32,000 nucleotides of DNA from Edaphobacter aggregans (lineage in GTDB: Bacteria; Acidobacteriota; Terriglobia; Terriglobales; Acidobacteriaceae). Position numbers and translations under genes: made by a program. A model generated the notes under the pieces. That model ran no database searches. It saw only the letters and a list, made by a program, of their open reading frames with translations, and was not told the DNA's origin. Below, in pieces: positions 8,038 to 15,993 of the stretch. Numbering within the stretch: position 1 is the stretch's first letter; each line of letters starts with the position of its first letter. The DNA is taken from assembly GCF_003945235.1 (NCBI RefSeq), contig NZ_RSDW01000001.1:3390001-3422000 (forward strand). Direction: 5' to 3'.

Positions 8038-9117
8038 TTACTGGTTGAAGTTTGGCTCTTCCTCTTCGGCCAGCCCGTAACGGCGCAGTAGATTCGGCAG
8101 GTTCTGCGAGAAGGCAGCGCGCGGCATTACCGTGTCGCAACCCGCTTCGACAGCCTTCGCCTTCAGGTCTCCCTGCAGATGCGAAAGAAATCCAATGATC
8201 GACGTGCTCCGCTTGAGCTTTGTCTTCAGCTTCGGGATCAGCGTCAGGGGCTTCACGTTCGCGTTGTTCAGGTCGAAGACGATCAGACCGGGACGGTCTT
8301 CCTCTTCTTTGCTGGTCAACGCGGCGATGGCTTCCTTGTCATTCTTGACGAAAGCAACCTTGACGCCGAGTTTGCGCGCCGTCTCCTGGATCTTCGCAAT
8401 GAAGAAGAGGTCTTCGATGAAGAAGAATATCTTCGTCGGCGCATCCTCAGGAATAGGAACAGTGCGGCCCTGTGAGTAGTCGATCGGCTGTGAGTCGCTG
8501 ACGACAAAGCTGCGACCATGGCCGTTGCCGCGGCGCTGGAAGTTACCGTGCGTCTCGATCGTTGATGGCGGCGAGTCGGCAAAGTTGCCGTTCACTTCGC
8601 GATAGCTGTGGTCCATTGGGCCGACGAAGCTGCGAGGTCCGCGTTGTTGCTTGCCGCCACCGCCTTTGCGCTTGAAACCGCCAGTGGTGTTGCCGGGCTG
8701 GTGCGAATTGCTGTCGCGGAAACCGCCACCCTCATTGCCGGCATTCTGGTGAGGACCTCGTTGGCGATCGCGGTCGCGGAACTTCTTCTTCCAGCGTTTG
8801 CCGCCGCCAACGTTGTTATTCTGCTGTTGGCCAGCGCCCTGGAAGTTCTGTTGCGGGGCCGCCGGCTGAAAGCTTTGTGGCTGCGCGGAGCCCTGGATCG
8901 AGCCTATCGGCTGTCCTGCGGCCTGCTCGCCCTGTGGAGCCATATCGGAACCTTTGTTCTTCCGCTTGCGGCGGCGACGCCGGCTGCTTTTGGACTGACC
9001 CATGCCGTGGGGAACGTTTGCTCCCCCGCTGTACTGCGCGTCTCCGTCCTGCTGGGCGGGTGACACTGTCGAACCCTGGTGCGGCTGCACCTCGGATACA
9101 TTCTGCTCTGAAGTCAT
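8038..9117 (-). CDS. Protein with N-terminal Gly/Gln/Asn/Arg-rich disordered region (RGG-like) and C-terminal CheY-like receiver domain lacking the conserved Lys
   Basis: The C-terminal roughly 125 aa aligns by eye to CheY. KIFFFIEDLFF carries the acidic pair as E-D, GLIVFDLNN carries the Asp57 equivalent, IIGFLSH carries the Thr/Ser, and CDTVMPRAAF has Met where the Lys109-Pro pair normally sits. The N-terminus contains SSRRRRRKRKNKG, GGGKRWKKKFRDRDRQRG and GGFKRKGGGGKQQRG. I chose the ATG at 9117 (MTSEQNV...). Confidence 0.7.
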   Translation of the reverse strand: MTSEQNVSEVQPHQGSTVSPAQQDGDAQYSGGANVPHGMGQSKSSRRRRRKRKNKGSDMAPQGEQAAGQPIGSIQGSAQPQSFQPAAPQQNFQGAGQQQNNNVGGGKRWKKKFRDRDRQRGPHQNAGNEGGGFRDSNSHQPGNTTGGFKRKGGGGKQQRGPRSFVGPMDHSYREVNGNFADSPPSTIETHGNFQRRGNGHGRSFVVSDSQPIDYSQGRTVPIPEDAPTKIFFFIEDLFFIAKIQETARKLGVKVAFVKNDKEAIAALTSKEEEDRPGLIVFDLNNANVKPLTLIPKLKTKLKRSTSIIGFLSHLQGDLKAKAVEAGCDTVMPRAAFSQNLPNLLRRYGLAEEEEPNFNQ

Positions 9118-9861
9118 GCTTCCACTTCCTATTGCACAAAAGCGCAATTTAGCGATTCACTCCCACGCCATAAGCCCATCGTCTCCGTGTAGGCCACGGA
9201 GCGCGAATCAAACCGGTTTTGCAGCGTCGGAAGAAACGATCTCAAGTTGTACTCGAACGGACGTCTTCTATTGCTATGGTTCGCTGCGACCAGCCGATTC
9301 TTGCAACCAAACCGGCTACGCACAGCCAGGAGCACCAGACAGCGGCAGTCCCTTCACCCTTACTTCTTCTCACCCTCAACTTTAGTTGCGACAGAGTCCG
9401 AGAAATCCGGTCCACTGTTCCTGTGCGCCGCCGGCCATTCTACATAACCGTATCGATTGGTAGCCAGGTGATCGGCACCCACAGCCGGCTCACGAAGCAA
9501 GACACAGGGTACGCGCAAAGACGATGCTTTGCAAGAACTCTTTCTAGTATAGCACTGAGCCGTGCTCCGGCAGGATGAAACGGTGGCAGAGAAAGTCAAA
9601 GGCCACCTCTCACAAGGCGACCTCTGTGTGTGAATGGCCAGTCACTGGCCTCCTGAAAAACTTCCTGGAGAGGAAGTGAGCCTCTTGGGTCGACGGTCGC
9701 GTCGTCGTTAGGGCGCGACATCTGTGACAACCCGGGCATTACAGCCGTGTAATCGGAGGAAAGACGAGCACGGTGCAACACTCAGGACAGAAGCAATTTG
9801 GATTCCAAACCAAAAACGTATCGTTTTACCGCAACTTCACCACCCTGCGAGGGTTGGATCG

Positions 9862-9905
9862 TCCAAAAAACGGATGCTGTTACACGGTTGCTCCATTTTT
9901 TTGGA
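9862..9905. terminator. A/T-clamped hairpin that reads as an intrinsic terminator on either strand, inside the long intergenic region
   Basis: tccaaaaaa (9862-9870) pairs with tttttttgga (9896-9905). Inside it is an inner stem ggatgc/gctcc (9872-9877 with 9890-9894, one bulge). The plus strand reads hairpin + A + T7. The minus strand reads hairpin + G + T6. Confidence 0.35.
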
Positions 9906-9933
9906 TTTGCCCAGGGTCCCGGCTTTCTTTTGT

Positions 9934-9962
9934 TTGACCCGCTACGGGTGCGCCCCTATAAT
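9934..9962 (+). promoter_or_regulatory. Sigma70-type promoter candidate: TTGACC-N17-TATAAT
   Basis: TTGACC at 9934-9939, an exact 17-nt spacer, then TATAAT at 9957-9962. It lies about 193 nt upstream of the first skp-like ATG (10155), implying a leader of about 185 nt. Confidence 0.5.
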
Positions 9963-10154
9963 CTAAAATGTTCTGGAAGCCCTCTCGCTCCCTCCGTAAC
10001 TGGATGATCGAGGTAAGCGGTGATCGCATCCTCAGGGTGCGTCATCTGAGTGGATGCAAGGAGCGCATGCAGGGCCCGGCACGGATGGTTGCGAAGGTGC
10101 ACCTACCACCGGATGATCTGTTTGAACGACCCCCTAAGGAGTACCACACACCGC

Positions 10155-10832
10155 ATGAATCGCAACGCTGCTTTTGCCTCCGCCCTCGCTGCGGTGTTGA
10201 CCACTGCCGTAAGCCTGGCCCAAACCACAGCTGCACCTGCTGCAGCTGCACCCGCCGCTGCGGCTGCTGTTGCACCCCAGGCCATCCCCGCGAAGATCGC
10301 CATTATTGAGTACGAGCAGGTTGCTGCTGCCACCAACGAGGGTCAGCGCCTCCTTCAGGAGTTGCAGACGAAGTACACACCCCAGAAGACCAAGCTGGAC
10401 GCCCTTGCTGCCGAGATTGACTCGCTGCAGAAGCAGCTTCAGGCTGCGCCGGCGACCATGACTGACGAAGAGCGGGCCTCCCGTGCGCGTGCCATCGATA
10501 CCAAGCAGAAGCAGTACCAGCGTGATGGCGACGACGCGACCACGGCCTATAACGCCGACGTGCAGGATGCGATCGGCAAGGTTGCCCAAAAGCTGGGTCC
10601 GGTCGTCATGAAGTATGTGCAGCAGAATGGTTACACCATGCTGCTCGACAACAACGGCCAACAACAGGGTGGGTTGACTCTGATGTGGGCGGTTGGTGGT
10701 ATAGATATCTCGCAGGCCATCGTCGACGCTTATAACGCTTCCTCCGGGGTTGCAGCACCGCCACCGTCTGCGCCGTCGGCAACGCGTCCGCGTCCCACTG
10801 CTCCCGCAACCAAACCTGGACCGTCCAAGTAG
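10155..10832 (+). CDS. OmpH/Skp family periplasmic chaperone, copy 1
   Basis: Signal peptide MNRNAAFASALAAVLTTAVSLAQ, an Ala/Pro-rich linker, then an OmpH-like coiled-coil region (IAIIEYEQVAAATNEGQRLLQELQTKYTPQKTKLDALAAEIDSLQKQLQ). AAGGAG lies 13 nt upstream of the ATG at 10155. I trimmed the track ORF start (10050). Confidence 0.8.
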   Translation: MNRNAAFASALAAVLTTAVSLAQTTAAPAAAAPAAAAAVAPQAIPAKIAIIEYEQVAAATNEGQRLLQELQTKYTPQKTKLDALAAEIDSLQKQLQAAPATMTDEERASRARAIDTKQKQYQRDGDDATTAYNADVQDAIGKVAQKLGPVVMKYVQQNGYTMLLDNNGQQQGGLTLMWAVGGIDISQAIVDAYNASSGVAAPPPSAPSATRPRPTAPATKPGPSK

Positions 10833-10919
10833 TCATACCCAGTTTTGCAGGACCCGCGAAAGCAGCCTTTCGCATAGCCAGACCATTTTGAACGACCTCG
10901 AAGGAGTACCACAAACCGT

Positions 10920-11606
10920 ATGAACCGCTCTCTTGCTCTCGTCCTCGCCATTGGCGCAGGATTGACCACCGCCTCCGCGATAGCCCAGGCGCCTGCAGCA
11001 GCAGCACCAGCCGCACCCGCTGCCGCAGTAGCGCCCCCACCGCAGGCCATCCCCGCCAAGATCGCGCTCATTGCTTTCGAGCAGGGCGTCTTCGCAACCA
11101 ATGAAGGTCAGAAGACGGTTCAGGATATCCAGAAGAAGTATGAACCGAGAAAGACCCAGATTGATGCGCTCTCCAGCGAGGTCGACTCACTGAAGAAGCA
11201 GTTGCAGGGTGCTCCGGCCACGCTGTCTGATGAGGAGCGCGCTACCCGCCTGAAGACCATCGACACCAAAGAGAAGCAGCTCACTCGCGATGCCGAAGAC
11301 GCGCAGAACGCCTATAACGCAGATCTCCAAGATGCTTATGGCAAGCTCGCGCAAAAGTTCTCGGCGACTGTGAAGAACTACGTCAGCCAGAACGGCTTCA
11401 CGATTCTGCTGGATGTCAGCAACCAGCAGACCAGCAATGTCATGTGGATCAACCCAAGCACGAACATCGATGTAACGCAGGCTGTAGTTTCTGCTTACAA
11501 CGCCTCCTCGGGAGTTGCAGCGCCTCCTCCGTCCGCTCCTTCGGCAGCGCGTCCACGGCCGGCAACCACGACCCCTCGGCCTGCTGCAACAGCACCCAAG
11601 CAGTAA
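10920..11606 (+). CDS. OmpH/Skp family periplasmic chaperone, copy 2 (tandem paralogue)
   Basis: Signal peptide MNRSLALVLAIGAGLTTASAIAQ. It is colinear with copy 1 (IALIAFEQGVFATNEGQKTVQDIQKKYEPRKTQIDALSSEVDSLKKQLQ) and shares the C-terminal tail AYNASSGVAAPPPSAPSA.RPRP. Confidence 0.8.
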   Translation: MNRSLALVLAIGAGLTTASAIAQAPAAAAPAAPAAAVAPPPQAIPAKIALIAFEQGVFATNEGQKTVQDIQKKYEPRKTQIDALSSEVDSLKKQLQGAPATLSDEERATRLKTIDTKEKQLTRDAEDAQNAYNADLQDAYGKLAQKFSATVKNYVSQNGFTILLDVSNQQTSNVMWINPSTNIDVTQAVVSAYNASSGVAAPPPSAPSAARPRPATTTPRPAATAPKQ

Positions 11607-11623
11607 CGTAGATTTCAAAAACT

Positions 11624-11654
11624 AAAAAGAGGCCCGTTAGGGGTCTCTTTTTTG
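11624..11654. terminator. Bidirectional rho-independent terminator after skp copy 2
   Basis: aaaaa-GAGGCCC-gtta-GGGGTCTC-tttttt, with one bulged G and one G-U pair. On the minus strand the hairpin is followed by TTTTTAGTTTTTG. Confidence 0.6.
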
Positions 11655-11982
11655 TTGGGCCAAGATGCATATATACCGCAACTCTGTGGAAAAAACTGTG
11701 GATTCCGATCTCACTTGGGTCTGTGAAGCCGGAAAACTGGTCCTTTTTGCTTTTTGAGTCACCCGCGGCAGAGAACCACAAATGCCTATAAATGAGTCGG
11801 TTGCGCGAGCCCAGCCCTTGCTCCGAACAGAAAATGGTGTGGTCACCTCTCAAGTACAGCGATTTCAAGGGTTTCCACAGATCATTGTTACTGACAAGTT
11901 ACGGTTACGTACGTTTTTCGTAGAAACGGCAGTCAAAACCTGAAACAGACGGCTCATCCTAAGCACGGAAAAGCGGGTCTTT

Positions 11983-13785
11983 TTACTCCTCGCCTACCTT
12001 GAGGACTGCGAGAAAGGCTTCCTGCGGGATATCGACTTTGCCGATCCGCTTCATGCGCTTTTTGCCTTCCTTCTGCTTCTCCAACAGCTTGCGCTTACGG
12101 CTGATGTCGCCGCCGTAGCACTTGGCGATGACGTTCTTGCGAATGGCCGTGACAGTCTCTCTGGCGATGATCTTCGATCCGATTGCCGCCTGGATGGCCA
12201 CCTCGAACATCTGCCTCGGGATTAGCTCTCGCATCTTCGAGACGAGTGCCTTGCCGCGGTCGTACGCGAAGTCGCGATGCACGATGATCGAGAGTGCGTC
12301 CACAGGTTCTCCGCTGACGAGGATGTCCATCTTCACCATCGGGGAGATCCAAGTGCCGGCGAGGTGGTAGTCGAGGGATGCATAGCCACGCGACACGGAT
12401 TTGAGGCGGTCGTAAAAGTCCAGCACGATCTCGTTGAGAGGGAGTTCGTAGGTCAGCATCACGCGCGTTTCCGAGACGTACTCGAAGTTCTGCTGGCGTC
12501 CGCGTTTGTCTTCAACTAATTTCAGGATGCCGCCGACGTATTCTTCATTCGTCAGGATCTTCGCTGTGATTACTGGTTCTTCAATCTGTTCGATTTCAGA
12601 TGGGTCAGGCCAGCGTGAAGGATTATCGACTTCGATGACTGAACCGTCTGTCATCGTGATCTTGTAGCGCACGCCTGGAGCCGTGGTGATGAGGTCGAGG
12701 TTGTACTCGCGCTCGAGGCGCTCCTGAATGATCTCCAGGTGAAGCAGGCCAAGGAAGCCGCAGCGGAAGCCGAAGCCCAGGGCGGCGGAGGATTCCGGTT
12801 CGAAGTTGAAGGAGCTGTCGTTGAGCCGCAGCTTTTCGAGGGCATCGCGCAGCATGGCGTGTTCGTGCGAGTCGACCGTGTAGAGGCCGGCGAAGACCAT
12901 GCTCTTGATGTCTTCAAAGCCTGGGAGGGCCTCGGCGCAGGGGCGTTCGACGTCCGTGATGGTGTCGCCAACCTTTGTGTCTGCGACGTTTTTGATGGTC
13001 GCGACGAAGAATCCGACCTCGCCAGCGCTCAGCTCTTCGATTTCCACGGGCTTCGGCGTCATCACGCCCATGCTCTCAACGTCGAAGGCCTTGTTGTTCG
13101 ACATGAGCTTGATCTTCATGCCCTTGCGCAACTTGCCGTTGATCACGCGCGCCAGTACGATGACGCCTCTGTAGGGGTCGAACCACGAGTCGAAGATGAG
13201 CGCCTGGAGAGGGGCGTCGGCATCGCCCTTGGGTGGAGGCAGCAGATGCACAACCGCCTCAAGGATATCGGCTACGTTCAGGCCTGTTTTTGCCGAGACT
13301 GCGATGGCGTCGTCAGCCGGTAATCCCACTGACTTTTCGATCATCTCTTTGGTGCGTTCAATGTCCGCACTCGGCAGGTCGATCTTGTTGATGACAGGAA
13401 TGATCTCGAGTCCATTCGAGATGGCAAGGTACGCGTTCGCAAGTGTTTGTGCTTCAACGCCCTGCGACGCATCGACTACCAGCAACGCGCCCTCGCAGCT
13501 GGCTAGGGAGCGTGAGACCTCATAGCTGAAGTCGACGTGGCCCGGTGTGTCGATCAGGTTGAGCTGGTACGTATCGCCGTCATTCGACTTGTAGACCATG
13601 CGGACGGTGTGGGCTTTGATGGTGATGCCGCGCTCGCGCTCGAGGTCCATGGCGTCCAGCACTTGCGCCTGCATCTCGCGGGCAGTTAGTGAGCCGGTGA
13701 GCTCAAGCAGGCGGTCCGACAGGGTGGATTTGCCGTGGTCGATGTGCGCGATGATCGCGAAATTGCGGATGTGACTTGGATCCAT
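11983..13785 (-). CDS. lepA: Translation elongation factor 4 (LepA)
   Basis: [27 protein letters not shown] (G1 motif), DTPGHVDF (G3), NKIDL (G4), and the LepA-specific C-terminal domain ([19 protein letters not shown]). It is 600 aa, the typical length. Confidence 0.97.
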   Translation of the reverse strand: MDPSHIRNFAIIAHIDHGKSTLSDRLLELTGSLTAREMQAQVLDAMDLERERGITIKAHTVRMVYKSNDGDTYQLNLIDTPGHVDFSYEVSRSLASCEGALLVVDASQGVEAQTLANAYLAISNGLEIIPVINKIDLPSADIERTKEMIEKSVGLPADDAIAVSAKTGLNVADILEAVVHLLPPPKGDADAPLQALIFDSWFDPYRGVIVLARVINGKLRKGMKIKLMSNNKAFDVESMGVMTPKPVEIEELSAGEVGFFVATIKNVADTKVGDTITDVERPCAEALPGFEDIKSMVFAGLYTVDSHEHAMLRDALEKLRLNDSSFNFEPESSAALGFGFRCGFLGLLHLEIIQERLEREYNLDLITTAPGVRYKITMTDGSVIEVDNPSRWPDPSEIEQIEEPVITAKILTNEEYVGGILKLVEDKRGRQQNFEYVSETRVMLTYELPLNEIVLDFYDRLKSVSRGYASLDYHLAGTWISPMVKMDILVSGEPVDALSIIVHRDFAYDRGKALVSKMRELIPRQMFEVAIQAAIGSKIIARETVTAIRKNVIAKCYGGDISRKRKLLEKQKEGKKRMKRIGKVDIPQEAFLAVLKVGEE

Positions 13786-13929
13786 ACGGAGTAACGCAAT
13801 GCCTCAATCTTCAAGGATATCATCGCGGCGAGGCGCAGCGCGTACAGGGCGTCAGCTCGTAATTTCAGCAACATCGTGGCAAGATGCTCAGGTTTACGCG
13901 GCAGATACGTCTTACAATGAGCAGGGACA

Positions 13930-15810
13930 ATGCAGCAATCGGATCGATACAACCTAGGGCGGTACACCATACCGCAGCGGTGGGTACTTGTTGCCATGTG
14001 CCTGCCTCTGGTGCTGCTCGCGGGTTGTCCGCAGAGTCAAACCGCCGGGCCGGGCAAGGCTCTGACGAACGCGACAGCTCCCACAGTGACGAAGCCCATG
14101 GCTGCCAACGGGGCACAAGCTGCGCCGGCCACCACGACCACAGCACAGTCCGTGGAGAACGCTGCAAAGGCCTACAAGGCGCAGGAGCTCATCAACAGAG
14201 CCGAACAGACCTATCGCAGCGGCGTTGACAACTATCGCGCTGGCCATCTGGACGCCGCACGCATCGACTTCGATTCTGCTGTCGACCTCATGCTGACGAG
14301 TGGCATGGACCTCAAGACAGATCCGCAGCTCGCTGACGAGTTCGATCGACTGCTCAATGCTGTCAACTCGCTGGAGATCGCTGCGCTGAAGCAGGGCAAC
14401 GGCTTCTCGCCCACCATTGAAGCGGCGCCCCTCGATGCCGCCAATGAGGTCACCTTCCCAGCCAACGCCGCTCTCACTGCGCAGGTCGCAGCGGAGCTTA
14501 AGACGACGAAGTCTGACTTTCCTCTGGTCATCAACGACTATGTTGCTGGCTTTATCAGCTACTTCAGCAACTCGCCGGGAGGTCATGCTCATCTCCTCCG
14601 CTCGCTGGAGCGTGCGGGTAAGTACAAGGACATGATCGCGAAGAACCTGAGCGACGAAGGTGTTCCGCAGGATCTTATCTATCTTGCTGTTGCTGAGTCC
14701 GGCTTCCAGCCACAGGCTCTTAATGCGCGCTCGGGTGCTGGCGGTATGTGGCAATTCATGCCTACGGGAGCTTACGGCCTTACGCGGAACGGTTGGTTTG
14801 ATGAGCGCTTCGATCCCGAGAAGTCTTCGAAGGCATATGCCCGCTACATGAAGACGCTTTACGACCAGTTTGGTGACTGGTATCTCGCGATGGCGGCCTA
14901 CGACTGGGGTCCGGGCAACGTACAGCGGGCCGTTATGCGCACGGGTTATGCGGACTTCTGGGAACTCTATCGCCGTGGAGTGCTGCCGGGCGAGACCAAG
15001 AACTATGTCCCCGGCATCATCGCCGCGATCATCATGGCGAAAAATCCGACTCAGTATGGTTTGGACAAGTTGTCGCCCGAGCCGGCTGTCATCTCCGATA
15101 CAGTCATGGTCGATTACGCCATCGACCTTCGTCTTGTGGCCGATGTGACCGGAGCTTCGCTGCAGGAGATCGTTGCGCTAAACCCAAGTCTTCTTCGTAT
15201 GACCACGCCGCGCGACATATCTTTCGATCTTCATCTTCCGATTGGTACATCCGACGTCTTCGCGAAGCGTATCAAAGACATTCCTGAAGAGAAACGCGCC
15301 AGCTGGCGGTTCCACATCGCACGTGCCGGCGAGACGCTCGACACAATTGCGACTGCGCAGCACGTTCGTCCGAGCGAGATTGCCGAGACGAACGGCATCG
15401 CGGCGGGGGAGACGGTTGAAGAAGGGGACGAACTTGTTATCCCTGTCGCTACTGTTTCAGGCGGTGTCAATCCGCTGCATTACACCGTGCGTCATGGTGA
15501 CACGCTCGTCACAGTTGCCGATCGTTTTAGCGTGTCGGTCGAACAGTTGCGGCGTTGGAATCATCTCTCGTCGAATGCCGTGAAGCCTGGACGTCTGCTG
15601 ACCGTTGCAGAGCCCGTCAAGCTCGCACCAGGTGCGCGCGTGCGTGGAAAGTCCGCGCACAGCAAGGGCAAAACACACACAGCATCAAGTGCTTCACACT
15701 CGACCACTGCACACGCGCAGGCAACTCATACGCGTACTACGGCCTCTTCCACGTCGCATTCATCGACGAAAAAATCTACGTCCCACGCGAAGAACTCCTC
15801 TTCCAAATAG
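13930..15810 (+). CDS. MltD-like membrane-bound lytic murein transglycosylase lipoprotein (SLT domain + LysM repeats) with Ser/Thr/His-rich tail
   Basis: Lipobox LVLLAGC. SLT catalytic region LAVAESGFQPQALNARSGAGGMWQFMPTGAYGL. LysM-like units include HIARAGETLDTIATAQHVRPSEIAETNGI and YTVRHGDTLVTVADRFSVSVEQLRRWNHL. The last 52 aa are low-complexity S/T/H/K. Confidence 0.85.
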   Translation: MQQSDRYNLGRYTIPQRWVLVAMCLPLVLLAGCPQSQTAGPGKALTNATAPTVTKPMAANGAQAAPATTTTAQSVENAAKAYKAQELINRAEQTYRSGVDNYRAGHLDAARIDFDSAVDLMLTSGMDLKTDPQLADEFDRLLNAVNSLEIAALKQGNGFSPTIEAAPLDAANEVTFPANAALTAQVAAELKTTKSDFPLVINDYVAGFISYFSNSPGGHAHLLRSLERAGKYKDMIAKNLSDEGVPQDLIYLAVAESGFQPQALNARSGAGGMWQFMPTGAYGLTRNGWFDERFDPEKSSKAYARYMKTLYDQFGDWYLAMAAYDWGPGNVQRAVMRTGYADFWELYRRGVLPGETKNYVPGIIAAIIMAKNPTQYGLDKLSPEPAVISDTVMVDYAIDLRLVADVTGASLQEIVALNPSLLRMTTPRDISFDLHLPIGTSDVFAKRIKDIPEEKRASWRFHIARAGETLDTIATAQHVRPSEIAETNGIAAGETVEEGDELVIPVATVSGGVNPLHYTVRHGDTLVTVADRFSVSVEQLRRWNHLSSNAVKPGRLLTVAEPVKLAPGARVRGKSAHSKGKTHTASSASHSTTAHAQATHTRTTASSTSHSSTKKSTSHAKNSSSK

Positions 15811-15993
15811 AAGTCAAAAGCTGCACGATAAGCTACCTCATCAAAAAGAGTGCTTGCCATTGCTGGCGCATAGATGCATCCTGTTGCTAGAATCTCGTGT
15901 CAAGATGCACATGTAATTTTGTTGCATCCAATGTTTGGTAACGATCAAGCAAGTGCACGATGAGAAGTTCAAAAGCAGCCAGGGGAAACGACG

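Noticed and set aside
9724-9797. RNase P RNA-like words (GACAACCCGGGCATTAC, GGAGGAAAG, GGTGCAACA...ACAGAAGCAA) in the long intergenic region
   Set aside because: The order is wrong for rnpB, because the 3'-type motif precedes the 5'-type motif. The invariant AGTCCGG core is absent (the region reads GGAAAGACGAGC). The spacing between elements is far too short. I also found no tRNA T-loop or tmRNA terminal motifs in 9118-10154.
10200-10290. GCTGCA/GCCGCT-rich microsatellite-like tract (and its counterpart at 10975-11040)
   Set aside because: It encodes the Ala/Pro-rich linker after the Skp signal peptides (AAPAAAAPAAAAAVAP). It is explained by coding low-complexity sequence, not by an independent repeat element.
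13954-14754. 266-aa ORF antisense to the MltD-like gene, and similar shadows at 3505-4146, 10134-10664, 5441-5888 and 16284-16769
   Set aside because: Each overlaps a well-supported gene on the other strand and has Arg/Ser/Gly-biased or mirror-repeat composition. For example, 16284-16769 is just the complement of the AKKA repeats, giving FFA/FLT repeats.
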